Below, piece by piece: positions 20,104-31,192 of a stretch of DNA of 64,000 bases. The notes beneath the pieces are model-generated. The model ran no database searches and was not told the origin of the DNA. It saw only the letters and a list, made by a program, of their open reading frames with translations. Each line of letters opens with the position of its first letter. Position 1 is the first letter of the stretch. Source of the stretch: Candidatus Omnitrophota bacterium. GTDB taxonomy: Bacteria > Omnitrophota > Gorgyraeia > B26-G9. The stretch covers positions 36,354-100,353 of the forward strand of contig JAHITY010000015.1 of assembly GCA_018817165.1 (NCBI GenBank), read 5' to 3'. The translations under genes were made by a program, and so were the position numbers.

Positions 20104-22668
20104 CTAGATCCTATTTGTTGTTTCATAACCAACATTAAATCTAATCGGGTTTTCATCAGGAAAAGCTTTTAAGCGAAAAATAAACCATAAAGTTCTGTCC
20201 TCAACCGACCCATCATCGTTTAATTTAATATCAAAAGTTGTTTCCAACTGCCAGCAATGCAAGTCTCTGTAAACAGTATATTGCTGTTCCTGAAAGCTGT
20301 CGGTATAAGATAAATAACGAGTATAGGATCTTACCTGCCATTTATCATTTATTTTATAATACACATCTGTTGTAAGCTGTTCGCTTATATTGCGATCATA
20401 ACGTTTACCCAAACCTAAACTCCATTTATCATCATGCGTTGCATAAAGATCTATATTTGCTGTCTGAATTCGTTTTTGATATTGATTAAAAACTGTATCT
20501 GAATCTAAATGTAACCAACGATATGGCCTTAAATTAAATTCACTATTTATATAGCCAAAATGTTTAACTCCCGGCGCGGCATTTTGCGTATAATCAACAT
20601 TAGGATAAAAATATACAAGATCAATATTTTCAAATTCCCCGGTTTCTTTTACTTTCCATTTAGTCTGAAAATGGTTTTCAATCCCAAAGGTAAAAGCATT
20701 TACAGCGCTGATAGAATCTATTTGGTCAAATGGCCCCAGTCTACTGCCCTCAACCGTCGGGCTATGAATATACGCATATTTTACACTAGGAGTAATAATA
20801 TGCCTCAACCGGTTTATTTCAATTCCCAGCGGTGATCCACTATAATCATATATTCGGAAAAACTTTGTATTCATATCCAGACCATAATAATGAATACCTC
20901 TAATAAAATCCTCTTGTAGTCCGATATTATCTTTAGAATAATATGTCTGACGCGTTCCCATATATGGAGCAATATTAATCCAATCAAAATCTCCGGGAAG
21001 TTGTGTCGGGTATTTTAATTCACTGTAACTATCGATTCTATTAGCATCTGTATCCAAATCGCTATTAGCGGTTTTTTTATTTAAATTAGCCATAGCAAAA
21101 TCCTGACGAAAATAAAGATTTGAATCAGCGATTTCTTTGCTTACCGTATTCAGCTCGATTTCAGGCAAGCGCTCTACTTCCGAATAAAAACGATTAGTTC
21201 TTTTTCGCGCATATAAGCTGACACTATAATCATCCTCATAATGCGTAAGCGATCCCTCAGATACCGGCTGAATGTCTTCGGAATACTCCCGATATAAATA
21301 ATCTTTGGTAAAATCAATATCACTTAATTTATTATACTCTAATAGCCCTAAGGTCGACTTATCCGCCTGCCAACGATGTTTCAACTGTCCGCGGTAGCGT
21401 TCAGTTTCCTGCGAATTATCCTCATATTTATCCCGCTCATTCATATAATATGTTTTAATACTTCCTAAGCCAAAATCCTTAGTATTATACTCAGCATCTA
21501 TCCCGCTGGCAAAACCTTTAAGTTGCCGATGATCAGCATGAATTTTATAATGAAGATATTGATTTAAATCATATCGCCAGGTAGTTAAAATAAATCCGCC
21601 CCATTCTTTTTTCTGCCCGACACTTACAGCTGGATTTGTCCTGCCATCTTCAAGTGATTGACTCCAGTAGGGGAAATATGCTACCGGAACATTCCCCACA
21701 AACATCAGAGCATTTTTAGCTACAATCCGATCATCAATATAGTAATCGATTTTTTTTGCCTGAATCCGATAATGCGGTTTACCCTCAAGATCGCAGGTTG
21801 TAATATAAGAATGTTTTAGTTCAATTAAGTTTTTTTCCGCTTTTTTTTCCGCGCTTTCCGCTGCCCCAAACCAAATATCATTATTAATTCTGACATCTGT
21901 AAATCCGCCTGTTTGGGTTTTAAAATTATAGTCCAAAGTCTTACCGGTTAAAACCGCATTTCCCTGTTTGAGAATCACATCACCCTGTGCCTGGGCAATC
22001 TGCTTTTCTAAATCAAATTCAAGCCGTTCGGAATCTATCCTCACATCTTGATAAATCGCGTAGACATTCCCTTTATTTCCTGAAAAACTTTCTAAAAAAC
22101 CCTGTTTAGTGCTGAAATCATATTCCAAGATATCTCCGTACAGGGAAATCCCTTGGCGGACAACACAAACATTACCTTTAGCCTGCGCGATCTGCTTTTC
22201 TAAATCAAATTCCAGTCGTGATGCATCAATCCGCACATCTTGATAAAGAGCATAAATCCTTTCGCTATTTTCTCCCAAGCCTTCCACAACACCCTGCTTA
22301 GTATTAAAATCATATTGCAATTTTTGCCCATACAGAGAAATCTCCTTTTGCACAATACAAACATTTCCCGAAGCAACAACTCCTTTTGATTTCATATCTA
22401 CATCAGCCTGATCGGCTGTTAAAACTACCCCATCATAATCAATTTTAACATTACCTTTTCCGGTAATCATTGTATCCAAATACTCAACATCATCAGCATC
22501 AACGGTAACAGGACGCCCTGAGCCTGTTTTTGATTTAAGATTATCTTTTGGTTTGTCTTGAGAAAAACTAGGGGGTAAACAAAAAAACATCGAGGATAAA
22601 CAGATAAAACAGTAGACAAAAAAATGTCTTAAAAAAAAACTGAGGGGTTTACTCTGAAATAATCGCAA
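20104..22668 (-). CDS. lptD: LPS-assembly protein LptD with internally duplicated N-terminal jellyroll
   Basis: Signal peptide; OstA-like repeats (ADDVEY..GKGNV, LTADQA); YITTCD..PHY; C-terminal barrel ending RDLHCW. Confidence 0.9.
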   Translation of the reverse strand: MRLFQSKPLSFFLRHFFVYCFICLSSMFFCLPPSFSQDKPKDNLKSKTGSGRPVTVDADDVEYLDTMITGKGNVKIDYDGVVLTADQADVDMKSKGVVASGNVCIVQKEISLYGQKLQYDFNTKQGVVEGLGENSERIYALYQDVRIDASRLEFDLEKQIAQAKGNVCVVRQGISLYGDILEYDFSTKQGFLESFSGNKGNVYAIYQDVRIDSERLEFDLEKQIAQAQGDVILKQGNAVLTGKTLDYNFKTQTGGFTDVRINNDIWFGAAESAEKKAEKNLIELKHSYITTCDLEGKPHYRIQAKKIDYYIDDRIVAKNALMFVGNVPVAYFPYWSQSLEDGRTNPAVSVGQKKEWGGFILTTWRYDLNQYLHYKIHADHRQLKGFASGIDAEYNTKDFGLGSIKTYYMNERDKYEDNSQETERYRGQLKHRWQADKSTLGLLEYNKLSDIDFTKDYLYREYSEDIQPVSEGSLTHYEDDYSVSLYARKRTNRFYSEVERLPEIELNTVSKEIADSNLYFRQDFAMANLNKKTANSDLDTDANRIDSYSELKYPTQLPGDFDWINIAPYMGTRQTYYSKDNIGLQEDFIRGIHYYGLDMNTKFFRIYDYSGSPLGIEINRLRHIITPSVKYAYIHSPTVEGSRLGPFDQIDSISAVNAFTFGIENHFQTKWKVKETGEFENIDLVYFYPNVDYTQNAAPGVKHFGYINSEFNLRPYRWLHLDSDTVFNQYQKRIQTANIDLYATHDDKWSLGLGKRYDRNISEQLTTDVYYKINDKWQVRSYTRYLSYTDSFQEQQYTVYRDLHCWQLETTFDIKLNDDGSVEDRTLWFIFRLKAFPDENPIRFNVGYETTNRI

Positions 22669-23631
22669 CTAACTGCCTCGATGATAATTAATAATTATTT
22701 TAAGCATTTCATCAAGATCAATACTAGGATTAAACCCAGTTAATTTTTCAATTTTAGAAGTGTCCGGGACTCGATAAAACATATCTTCAAAGTTTTCACC
22801 ATAAACCTGAGAATATGGGATATAAGTTATTTCCGAATTACTGTGACAAAGTTGTTTTATCTTTTGCGCGATTTCTCCAATAGAAATAAAATTACTATTT
22901 CCAATATTGAAGATTTGACCATAAGCCTGAGGATTATCCATCAAAGATTTAATCGCTTTAACCACATTGTCAATATAGGTAAACGATCTGATTTGTTGAC
23001 CGTCTCCATAAACAGTAATCGGCTGATTTTTAAGCGCCTGCTCAACAAAACGCGGGATTACCATCCCATAATTATGGCTTTGTCTTGGCCCGCAGATATT
23101 AAATAAGCGACCAATCACAATAGGCAATTTTTTTTCTTGAGCATAAGCAATAGCTAAAAACTCATCAAACCCCTTAGAAAAAGCATATCCCCAGCGAGAT
23201 TTTGATACAGAACCCATTATTCTATCATCATCTTCACTAAAAGGAACGTCAGCATCTTTACCATAGACCTCAGAAGAAGAAGCAAAAAATACTTTTTTAT
23301 GAAAAATATGCGCAAGCTCGAAAATAATTTCAGTTCCCCGCACATTGGTAATCAAAGAATCAAGCGGATTATCAATAACAAATTTAACTCCAACCGCGGC
23401 CGCTAAGTGGTAAATACACTCGCATTCCGTGACAAGTTTAAGCATCAACTTATAATCTAAAATACTGCCTTCAATAAACCTAAATTCAGCTTTATCTTCT
23501 AAATGCTTAATATTCTCTTTGCTCCCAGTTATAAGATTATCCACTACTGTAAGTTCATGTCCATCATTAAGCAAACTTTCAGCTAAGTGAGAACCCACGA
23601 ACCCGGCTCCACCTGTAAGCAAAATTTTCAT
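22669..23631 (-). CDS. NAD-dependent nucleotide-sugar epimerase/dehydratase
   Basis: TGGAGFVG, SSSEVYG, YAFSK (YxxxK), GDGQQIRSF. Confidence 0.92.
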   Translation of the reverse strand: MKILLTGGAGFVGSHLAESLLNDGHELTVVDNLITGSKENIKHLEDKAEFRFIEGSILDYKLMLKLVTECECIYHLAAAVGVKFVIDNPLDSLITNVRGTEIIFELAHIFHKKVFFASSSEVYGKDADVPFSEDDDRIMGSVSKSRWGYAFSKGFDEFLAIAYAQEKKLPIVIGRLFNICGPRQSHNYGMVIPRFVEQALKNQPITVYGDGQQIRSFTYIDNVVKAIKSLMDNPQAYGQIFNIGNSNFISIGEIAQKIKQLCHSNSEITYIPYSQVYGENFEDMFYRVPDTSKIEKLTGFNPSIDLDEMLKIIINYHRGS

Positions 23632-24632
23632 TATTTCTCCTTATTAGACAGGACTAATGAAGCAGCCCCAATAATTCCCGCTTTTTCCTTAAATTTAGAA
23701 GAGACTATTTTTAAATTGCGACATGATACCTGAAAAGCTCTATCTTTGACAATTCGTCTTATCGGATCAAGAATTAAGTTCCCCGCATTAGCCACTCCCC
23801 CACCAATAACAATTATCTCTGGATTAAGCAGATTAACAACATTGGCTAAAATTGCTCCCATATGCAAACCAACTTCTTGCCAAATAATCATGGCAAAGGG
23901 ATCTTTTTTTCTAGCAGCCTTGCTCAGCATCTCCAAAGTAAGATTTGAATATTTACCAGCCAGCTGATTTTTTAACAAACTTTTTGAACCATTACGTAAC
24001 CGCTTGATCGCTGATTCTAAGATATATCGATTCCCCACATATCTTTCCACGCAACCTTTACCTCCACATACACAAAGCGGTCCATTTTCATTAATCGTCA
24101 TGTGCCCGATTTCTCCGGCCGCAAAATTCATTCCCCGATAGATTTTCCCATCCAGAACAATGCCACCGCCAATTCCAGTACCCATTGTCACACAAAGACA
24201 ATCTTTATGTCCCTTAGCCGCTCCGAATTTACTTTCCGCCAAGGCCATAAGATTAGCATCATTATCAACCAAAACCGGAATCTTAACCTTAGCCATCAAC
24301 TCATCACGCAAATTAACATTTTTCCATCCAGGAACATTGGTCAGATCAAAAACAAGCCCTTTATTAAAATCAACTCTGCCGGGCACGCCAATACCAACAC
24401 CCCGCACGCGATTTCCTTTGTAAGTGCTTTCTGCTTTTAACTTAATAATTCTAATAACCAACTGCTCAATTAATTCATCTTTTTTATAGTCTTTAGTTTG
24501 GAAAGATGAAAAGCCTACGATCTTAAAACTATCTCCGCTAAAACTAACTAATGCTAATTTTACATTTGTCCCACCAAAATCAACTCCGATTGTATAGCGA
24601 ACATTCCCAGTCTTACGTCTTTCTGTTGACAC
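23631..24632 (-). CDS. ROK family sugar kinase (glucokinase-like)
   Basis: DFGGT, NDAN, GTGIGGG, GEIGH, CVCGGKGCVE. Confidence 0.93.
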   Translation of the reverse strand: MSTERRKTGNVRYTIGVDFGGTNVKLALVSFSGDSFKIVGFSSFQTKDYKKDELIEQLVIRIIKLKAESTYKGNRVRGVGIGVPGRVDFNKGLVFDLTNVPGWKNVNLRDELMAKVKIPVLVDNDANLMALAESKFGAAKGHKDCLCVTMGTGIGGGIVLDGKIYRGMNFAAGEIGHMTINENGPLCVCGGKGCVERYVGNRYILESAIKRLRNGSKSLLKNQLAGKYSNLTLEMLSKAARKKDPFAMIIWQEVGLHMGAILANVVNLLNPEIIVIGGGVANAGNLILDPIRRIVKDRAFQVSCRNLKIVSSKFKEKAGIIGAASLVLSNKEK

Positions 24633-24694
24633 TTACTTATTCCTCCAAAAGAGTTGTTTATTGCTGCTAAAGCAATAAATTATTTACTTGCTGA

Positions 24695-25528
24695 TCAGGT
24701 TAAATAGTCTAGAACCTGAGCAATTAATATTTTCATCTGTTTGCGATTAACAATCAAATCCAGCATCCCATGTTCAATCAAAAATTCTGAGCTTTGAAAA
24801 CCAGCCGGAAGCGTTTGTCTAATAGTTTGCTCAATAACTCTTGGACCGGTAAACCCGATTAATGCCTTTGGTTCAGCTATAGTCACATCACCTAAACTAG
24901 CAAAACTGGCCATAATTCCTGCCATCGTAGGATTAGTTAATACCGATATAAATAAAAGACCTTTTTCTTTATGCTTAGCCAATGCTGCGGATGTTTTAGC
25001 CATCTGCATAAGGCTGGTCAATCCTTCATACATCCGCGCTCCCCCGCCAGAACCGGAAACAATGATAATCGGAAGCTTTAGTTCGGTTGCTTTTTCAGTT
25101 GCTCGGGTTATCCGCTCTCCGACAACCGCCCCCATTGATCCCATAATAAACCGCGAATCAGTAACAGCCATAATAACTTTTTTACCGTCAATTTCCCCCT
25201 GTCCGGTAAGCACGGCATCAACCAGTCCAGTAATTTTCTGATCCTGTTTAATTTTTTGCACATAAGTCTTAGGACCTTTAAACCCAATTATATCAATTGA
25301 GCTAAGCTTTTGATCATATTCGATAAAAGTCCCTTCGTCAATAAGAAGATCCATCCTCTGTTTTGCCGAAAGCACAAAATGATAATCGCATTTTGGACAA
25401 ATGCTCATATTCTCTTTCAGCTGTTTAGTAAAGATAATCTGACCGCAATCGCTGCATTTTGTGCATAGACCGCCTGGCATATCTTTCTTTTTGATCTTAA
25501 CTATAGTATACTTTGGTTTTCCAAACAT
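24695..25528 (-). CDS. accD: Acetyl-CoA carboxylase carboxyltransferase beta subunit
   Basis: C4 zinc finger, FIMGSMG, GGARMYEG, IGFTGPRVIEQT. Confidence 0.96.
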   Translation of the reverse strand: MFGKPKYTIVKIKKKDMPGGLCTKCSDCGQIIFTKQLKENMSICPKCDYHFVLSAKQRMDLLIDEGTFIEYDQKLSSIDIIGFKGPKTYVQKIKQDQKITGLVDAVLTGQGEIDGKKVIMAVTDSRFIMGSMGAVVGERITRATEKATELKLPIIIVSGSGGGARMYEGLTSLMQMAKTSAALAKHKEKGLLFISVLTNPTMAGIMASFASLGDVTIAEPKALIGFTGPRVIEQTIRQTLPAGFQSSEFLIEHGMLDLIVNRKQMKILIAQVLDYLT

Positions 25529-25689
25529 ATTTATACCGCCATTTAAACAAGGATTAAAAGCTATATTAGTTAAATAATATTTATAACCTCAACAAAATCA
25601 CATCAATATCAATAATTTTACAAGCAATTAATTGATTTATAATAACATAAAGCCGCTTAATTGTCAAAGCAGGTTTAAACCCTTATTAG

Positions 25690-26943
25690 TTAGTTAAACT
25701 CTTTAAGCCGACCCTTAAAACGGATAAGACCGAGTAATCCATAGACAATAAAACAAAAACCTATGCCTATGATAACCCAAGTAGGATTAAAGAATTCGGA
25801 AAGTTTTGAAGACACAAACATAAAGATTATGAATCCCAAATTCATCACAATTCCCAATGAACTGAATATTCTGCCCCGCATCTGAGCTGTGATAACTTCA
25901 TGAATTAATGTATTCCCCGAAATGAATATCGGACCAACCCCTATCCCAATAAACACAGAAAGAATCATCGCTAAAGGCATATAGGGATACTGTTTGAGCA
26001 ATAAGCCAAAACAACTGATGAAAAAACCACAAATTATTGCGCTTAAAAATATAATTTTAACTTTTGAAATTTTATTTCCAAACCGTCCGCACAAAAGCGC
26101 TCCCAGAAAAAATCCAATCCCCAGAAAAACTGACAATACTCCCAAATCCCGGGTGATCGAGCCAAAAACATGCTGAATAAAAACTATACCCACAACATAT
26201 AAAGCCCCGGCAGCGCACATCAGCAAAAATATAGTAAAAAAAACAAATCGCACATAAGGATTGGAAATAACGTATTTAATTCCCTCTTTTATGTCTAAAA
26301 ATATAGATTGCCTCAGCTTCTCAGCACTTTGATTTTCTGCGGTTTTTGTTTTTAAAGCCGAGTATTTTATTTTAACAAAAAACAGAAATACAGCAGACAA
26401 TAAATAAGAGATCGCATCAATGTAAAAACCACTTTTCGCTCCGACTTTTTCAATTAAAGGACCTCCCAAACCAATTCCAAAAACAACTGCCAACATCATC
26501 GTGGTGTTAATCAGGGAATTAGCGATAAGTAATTGATCTTTATCCACTATTTCCGGAATAATCGAAAATTTTGAAGGCAGAAAAAAACAACTGGTAGAAA
26601 ATACGAGGAAAACAGTAATATAAATTGGAATAAAGGATTTAGCACTAAAAAAACATAGGGGAATTAAGATTACCAGAAATGCTCTTATCAAGTCAGTTAT
26701 TATCATCGTATGCTTATGATTCCAACGATCAACATAAGCTCCGGCAAAAGGGCTAAGAATAAATGAGGGAATAATTGTAAAGGACATTACCTTTGCCAAA
26801 CCAAAAGCCGAACCACCCAAGCGCTGATATACAAGCGCAATGAGAGCCATTTGATTAAGCCGATCTCCAAACTGAGAGATAATCTGCCCAACCCAAAAGA
26901 AAAAAAAGTTTTTATCTGTAAGTATTTTGCGAAATTGACTCAT
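25690..26943 (-). CDS. MFS transporter (DHA3/MFS_3-like)
   Basis: GQIISQFGD, GAYVDRW motif A, MRGRIFS; 12 hydrophobic segments. Confidence 0.9.
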   Translation of the reverse strand: MSQFRKILTDKNFFFFWVGQIISQFGDRLNQMALIALVYQRLGGSAFGLAKVMSFTIIPSFILSPFAGAYVDRWNHKHTMIITDLIRAFLVILIPLCFFSAKSFIPIYITVFLVFSTSCFFLPSKFSIIPEIVDKDQLLIANSLINTTMMLAVVFGIGLGGPLIEKVGAKSGFYIDAISYLLSAVFLFFVKIKYSALKTKTAENQSAEKLRQSIFLDIKEGIKYVISNPYVRFVFFTIFLLMCAAGALYVVGIVFIQHVFGSITRDLGVLSVFLGIGFFLGALLCGRFGNKISKVKIIFLSAIICGFFISCFGLLLKQYPYMPLAMILSVFIGIGVGPIFISGNTLIHEVITAQMRGRIFSSLGIVMNLGFIIFMFVSSKLSEFFNPTWVIIGIGFCFIVYGLLGLIRFKGRLKEFN

Positions 26944-26955
26944 TTTATAATTTTA

Positions 26956-27028
26956 AGCCCACGAGAGGAATTGAACCCCCGACCTAAGCTTTACGAAAGC
27001 CTTGCTCTACCAACTGAGCTACGTGGGC
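26956..27028 (-). tRNA. tRNA-Thr(CGT), CCA not encoded
   Basis: GCCCACGTAGCTCAGTTGGTAGAGCAAGGCTTTCGTAAAGCTTAGGTCGGGGGTTCAATTCCTCTCGTGGGCT. Confidence 0.93.
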
Positions 27029-27043
27029 AAATTCAGCTACTAG

Positions 27044-27844
27044 TTATTTTGCGATAATAATAATATTATTTTTATTTGCTAAATCTAAAACTAAATCTTT
27101 ATCCAGAAACAAAGTTTTTCCAGCTTCAATTGCTAAAACAGCAACCTTCTCCTCGATCAAAGTTTTAATTGTTTTTAATCCGATTAGCGGTATATCAAAA
27201 CGCATATCTTGATTCGGTTTACTGACTTTAACCACCACAGCATTGCCTTGACAATAATAATTAGCTCTGCGTATGGCTTCATCAGTTCCTTCTATAGCTT
27301 CAACACTTAATACTACCTTATCTTTAACCACTACAGTTTGCCCGATATCCAGACCGGCTATCTGCTTGGCAATTATCAGGCCAAATTCAATATCTTCGTT
27401 TTGCGCCTTAGAGGGACCCCTAGCAGTAAGCAAACCGCTAGGAGCTAAATAATCTTTAATAAAAGTGCTGGAGTCCAGCATCTCGATTCCCAGCTGAGTG
27501 ATTCTTTGGGCTATTGCCCCAAGGATAGTATCAGTTTTCTTGTCTTTTAAACTAAACAGCAATTTGGTTAATTCCAAATCCAGCTCAATTTGACTGAACA
27601 GCAATTTATGTTTGATCTGACCAACCATAATCGCTTTTTTAATCTCTTCTTTTTTCAAAATTTCAATTAATGTTTTAAATTGACCGACACTGATCCAGTA
27701 TATTTTATCCGCAATATCCGCGAGCTGCTTATCGGCCTCTTCTTTAATCGCAATAACAACAATATAAGCCCCTGTTTTTTTTGCCGCAAGAGCGCAAATA
27801 ATTGGCAAATTTCCATTGCCTGATATTAAAGCGATTTTTTCCAT
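27044..27844 (-). CDS. lpxI: UDP-2,3-diacylglucosamine diphosphatase LpxI
   Basis: ISGNGNLP, LDIGQTVV, EAIEGTD, KPNQDMRFDIP; follows lpxA. Confidence 0.93.
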   Translation of the reverse strand: MEKIALISGNGNLPIICALAAKKTGAYIVVIAIKEEADKQLADIADKIYWISVGQFKTLIEILKKEEIKKAIMVGQIKHKLLFSQIELDLELTKLLFSLKDKKTDTILGAIAQRITQLGIEMLDSSTFIKDYLAPSGLLTARGPSKAQNEDIEFGLIIAKQIAGLDIGQTVVVKDKVVLSVEAIEGTDEAIRRANYYCQGNAVVVKVSKPNQDMRFDIPLIGLKTIKTLIEEKVAVLAIEAGKTLFLDKDLVLDLANKNNIIIIAK

Positions 27845-27916
27845 CTAATATCCTCGGAATAATGAAAAAGCAGAAAGCCCAATATTCACTCTCTGCTTGA
27901 GACTTTAATTTTCGGA

Positions 27917-28705
27917 TTAGCTACCCTTACAAAATCCGCGTTGGGACTTTTTAACAAATTTCACAAGATATGACACATAAGGATCTTCAGGAATATTATC
28001 TTTTATTTTCTTTAATGCGCTAGAAGTAGATAGTTTAAGTTTAAATAAAAATTTAAAAGCAGACTTAAGATTTGTAACACTTTGCACTGGAACATTTGCT
28101 CTTTTTAAGCCAATGCTATTGATTCCATAAACTTTGGCCGGATGTCCATCGACAATTGAAAATGGAGGAATATCCTGAATAACCTTTGAACAGCCACCAA
28201 TAATTGACAGCTTCCCAACTCTCGAAAATTGATGAATCCCCACCATACCGCCAATAATCGCTCTATCTTCTATGGTAACATGCCCAGCTAATGTTCCGGC
28301 ATTAGCAACTACAACCTCATTGCCTACTACACAGTCATGCGCAACATGACTGTAAGCCATAAACAAGTTTTTATTACCGACAACTGTTTTACCCTTATCC
28401 ATAGTTCCGAGATTAATCGTAACATATTCACGAATAATATTATCATCTCCAATAATTGCCTGAGTCTTCTCCCCTTGGTATTTTAAATCTTGCGGTTCAC
28501 TACCGATTATCGCACCAGTAAATACCTTACACCGTTTACCCAGGCTAGTCCGGCCATCAATAACGCAAGAACTGCCGATTACAGTATACTCACCAATTTT
28601 AACATTTTCACCGATAAAAGAATAAGGGCCGATAATTACGCCCTTATCAATTTTAGCTTTTGGATTAACACAAGCCGTTGGATGTATATCAATCTTTTTA
28701 TTCAT
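27917..28705 (-). CDS. lpxA: Acyl-ACP--UDP-GlcNAc O-acyltransferase
   Basis: IHPTA hexapeptide repeats, PQDLKY, HVAHDC, HQF; start at MNKK (28705). Confidence 0.96.
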   Translation of the reverse strand: MNKKIDIHPTACVNPKAKIDKGVIIGPYSFIGENVKIGEYTVIGSSCVIDGRTSLGKRCKVFTGAIIGSEPQDLKYQGEKTQAIIGDDNIIREYVTINLGTMDKGKTVVGNKNLFMAYSHVAHDCVVGNEVVVANAGTLAGHVTIEDRAIIGGMVGIHQFSRVGKLSIIGGCSKVIQDIPPFSIVDGHPAKVYGINSIGLKRANVPVQSVTNLKSAFKFLFKLKLSTSSALKKIKDNIPEDPYVSYLVKFVKKSQRGFCKGS

Positions 28706-28831
28706 ATAAAATATACCATATAACAGAGTGGTTAAAAAATCAAGTTGAAAAATAAAAAAGACCAACTAAAAGGACAATTTCTCTACACATTAATTGTCAG
28801 AATAGTTGATCTTTGTCATAAATTATTGTCT

Positions 28832-30139
28832 TTACTCACCTAAAGTAAACATTAATACAGCTTCTGCTACCACTTTACCATCAACTAATGCTCGGCCATA
28901 CGCCTGGCCCACTTTTGATTTTAATTTAAGCACAGACACTTCTAATCTCAGCTGATCACCTGGCAAAACCATTCTCCGGAATTTCACTTTATCAATACTC
29001 ATAAAATAAGCCCGTTTGCCCTGATTACCTGATTTACTCAGCAATAAAACACCCACGACTTGCGCCATGGCTTCCACAATTAAAACCCCGGGCATAACTG
29101 GCCGCCCAGGAAAATGCCCTTTAAAAAAAGACTCATTTATTGTAACATTTTTTATACCTACCGCAAATTTATCTTCTTTTAATTCAAGAATTTTATCCAC
29201 TAAAAGAAAAGGATACCGGTGCGGTAAAATTTTCTGGATATCATTGATATTTAAAGGCGGCGTACTATTAAAATCACTACTTATTGTTCCAATACTCGCC
29301 TGTGTTTGACGGTCATGAAGATGCTTGATTTTTTGCAGCAACTTGATATTTAAAGGATGCCCGCTTTTAATTCCAATTACATGCCCGATTATCGGATGAC
29401 CTAAAAGATAAAGATCACCGATTAAATCACAAATTTTATGGCGAACAAATTCATCTTCAAAGCGTAATTTATTATTAACTATTTCATTATCTCCAACCAC
29501 AACAGTATTATCGTAATTTGCTCCTTTGCCCAGACCTTGCCGAGTTAATTCTTCGGCCTCCGCTTGTAAACAAAAAGTTCTACTGGGAGCTAATTCTTTT
29601 TCAAAAACTCTTTTGTCAACATCAAAAGAAGCATATTGAGATTTAAGCATTGGATGCGGATAGCTCATAGTATACGAAACCCGAAATTCATTAGCTGGCA
29701 ATATCATTAAAGAAGAATCGCCTTCTTCCATAAACAATGCTTCTTTTGGCTGAAAATACTTACGCTGCGCTTTTTGGTCAACAATCCCCGCTTTTTTTAA
29801 TATTTCAAAAAAAGGTAAAGAACTGCCGTCAAGACCTGGTAATTCCTCTGCGTCCATCTCAATTATAATATTATCTATTCCCAACCCGACCAAAGCCGCC
29901 ATTACATGCTCAATAGTATGAATTTCAATGTTGCGAATTCCAATAGACGTCCTACGAGGTCTTTCAATAAGATTAGACAAATGCGCCTTAACTCTGGGTT
30001 TGCCCTCTTGATCAACACGCACAAACACCACCCCATTATCTTCCGGAGCAGCCGTGAATTTAACATTTACTTTTTGACCGGTATGTAACCCTACACCACT
30101 TAATGATACTGAATTAATTATTGTTTTTTGAAATTCCAT
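28832..30139 (-). CDS. lpxC: Bifunctional LpxC deacetylase / FabZ dehydratase
   Basis: GVGLHTG, TIEH and HKICDLIGD (LpxC) fused to [11 protein letters not shown] and [13 protein letters not shown] (FabZ). Confidence 0.96.
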   Translation of the reverse strand: MEFQKTIINSVSLSGVGLHTGQKVNVKFTAAPEDNGVVFVRVDQEGKPRVKAHLSNLIERPRRTSIGIRNIEIHTIEHVMAALVGLGIDNIIIEMDAEELPGLDGSSLPFFEILKKAGIVDQKAQRKYFQPKEALFMEEGDSSLMILPANEFRVSYTMSYPHPMLKSQYASFDVDKRVFEKELAPSRTFCLQAEAEELTRQGLGKGANYDNTVVVGDNEIVNNKLRFEDEFVRHKICDLIGDLYLLGHPIIGHVIGIKSGHPLNIKLLQKIKHLHDRQTQASIGTISSDFNSTPPLNINDIQKILPHRYPFLLVDKILELKEDKFAVGIKNVTINESFFKGHFPGRPVMPGVLIVEAMAQVVGVLLLSKSGNQGKRAYFMSIDKVKFRRMVLPGDQLRLEVSVLKLKSKVGQAYGRALVDGKVVAEAVLMFTLGE

Positions 30140-31178
30140 TTTTCTCTACCCTTAAAGCCTCCTCTAAAGTTGCGATTTTTTCCTGTAATTCATTGACCAG
30201 TTTATATAACTCAGGCAACTTTTGTACGCAAGCATTTATTCTTTTAGCTTTTTTATGCGGTTTTGCCGGATAACCGGAAACACAGGTATTTGCAGGAACT
30301 GATTTAGTAACTCCTGCCTGAGCAGCAACTACAGCATTATCACCAATATTAATATGTCCAATAACCCCTGACTGACCGGCCAAAGTAACATTTTTCCCCA
30401 AAATTGTACTGCCGGAAATTCCCGCCTGAGCAACAATTATTGAATTTTCTCCGACAACGACATTATGGGCAATTTGCACCAAATTATCAATTTTAGTCCC
30501 GTGTTTTATTATAGTTTTATCAAAACGCGCGCGATCAATAGTTACATTAGCTCCAATTTCAACATCATCTTCAATAATTACAGTTCCTATTTGCGGAATC
30601 TTTTGATGTAAACCTTTAACCGTTGCAAAACCAAAGCCATCGCTGCCTATAACTGTTCCACTGTGAATAATAACCCGATTGCCAATAACCATTCGTTCTC
30701 TAATGCTTACATGGGGATAAACTATTGTCTTACAACCAATTTTTGTACTATGACCAATAAATACACCCGCACATAAAACACTATTATCCCCTAATTCAGA
30801 ATTATCCTCCATTACAACAAAAGGATCAATAGAAACATTTTTACCTAATTTTACATTTTTACCAATTACAGCTGTAGGATGAACGCCCTTATAATGATCA
30901 TATTCATTCGGCGCAACTAAAGTCAATAATTTTGCAAATGCTAATGAAGGATTTTGGGTTAAAATCAATGGTTTTGAAGATACCTTTATATCTGGAGTAG
31001 TAATAATTGCCGAAGCATTAGTGTGGTCCATCAAAGAGATATACTTAGGATTTGCAATAAAAGTTATTTCCCCTTGTTTAGCCTCTTTTATTCCACAAAC
31101 TCCGAAAATTTCAATATTTCCATCTCCAACTACAGATCCGTCTATAAGTTGCGCTATTTCATTTAAGGTTTTCTTCAT
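30114..31178 (-). CDS. lpxD: UDP-3-O-acyl-glucosamine N-acyltransferase
   Basis: [27 protein letters not shown]. Confidence 0.97.
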   Translation of the reverse strand: MKKTLNEIAQLIDGSVVGDGNIEIFGVCGIKEAKQGEITFIANPKYISLMDHTNASAIITTPDIKVSSKPLILTQNPSLAFAKLLTLVAPNEYDHYKGVHPTAVIGKNVKLGKNVSIDPFVVMEDNSELGDNSVLCAGVFIGHSTKIGCKTIVYPHVSIRERMVIGNRVIIHSGTVIGSDGFGFATVKGLHQKIPQIGTVIIEDDVEIGANVTIDRARFDKTIIKHGTKIDNLVQIAHNVVVGENSIIVAQAGISGSTILGKNVTLAGQSGVIGHINIGDNAVVAAQAGVTKSVPANTCVSGYPAKPHKKAKRINACVQKLPELYKLVNELQEKIATLEEALRVEKNGISKNNN

Positions 31179-31192
31179 TTTATTTCCTTGTT

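Noticed and set aside
28832-30139. LpxC-FabZ fusion as a novelty
   Set aside because: Well known in several Gram-negative phyla such as Bacteroidota and Chlorobiota
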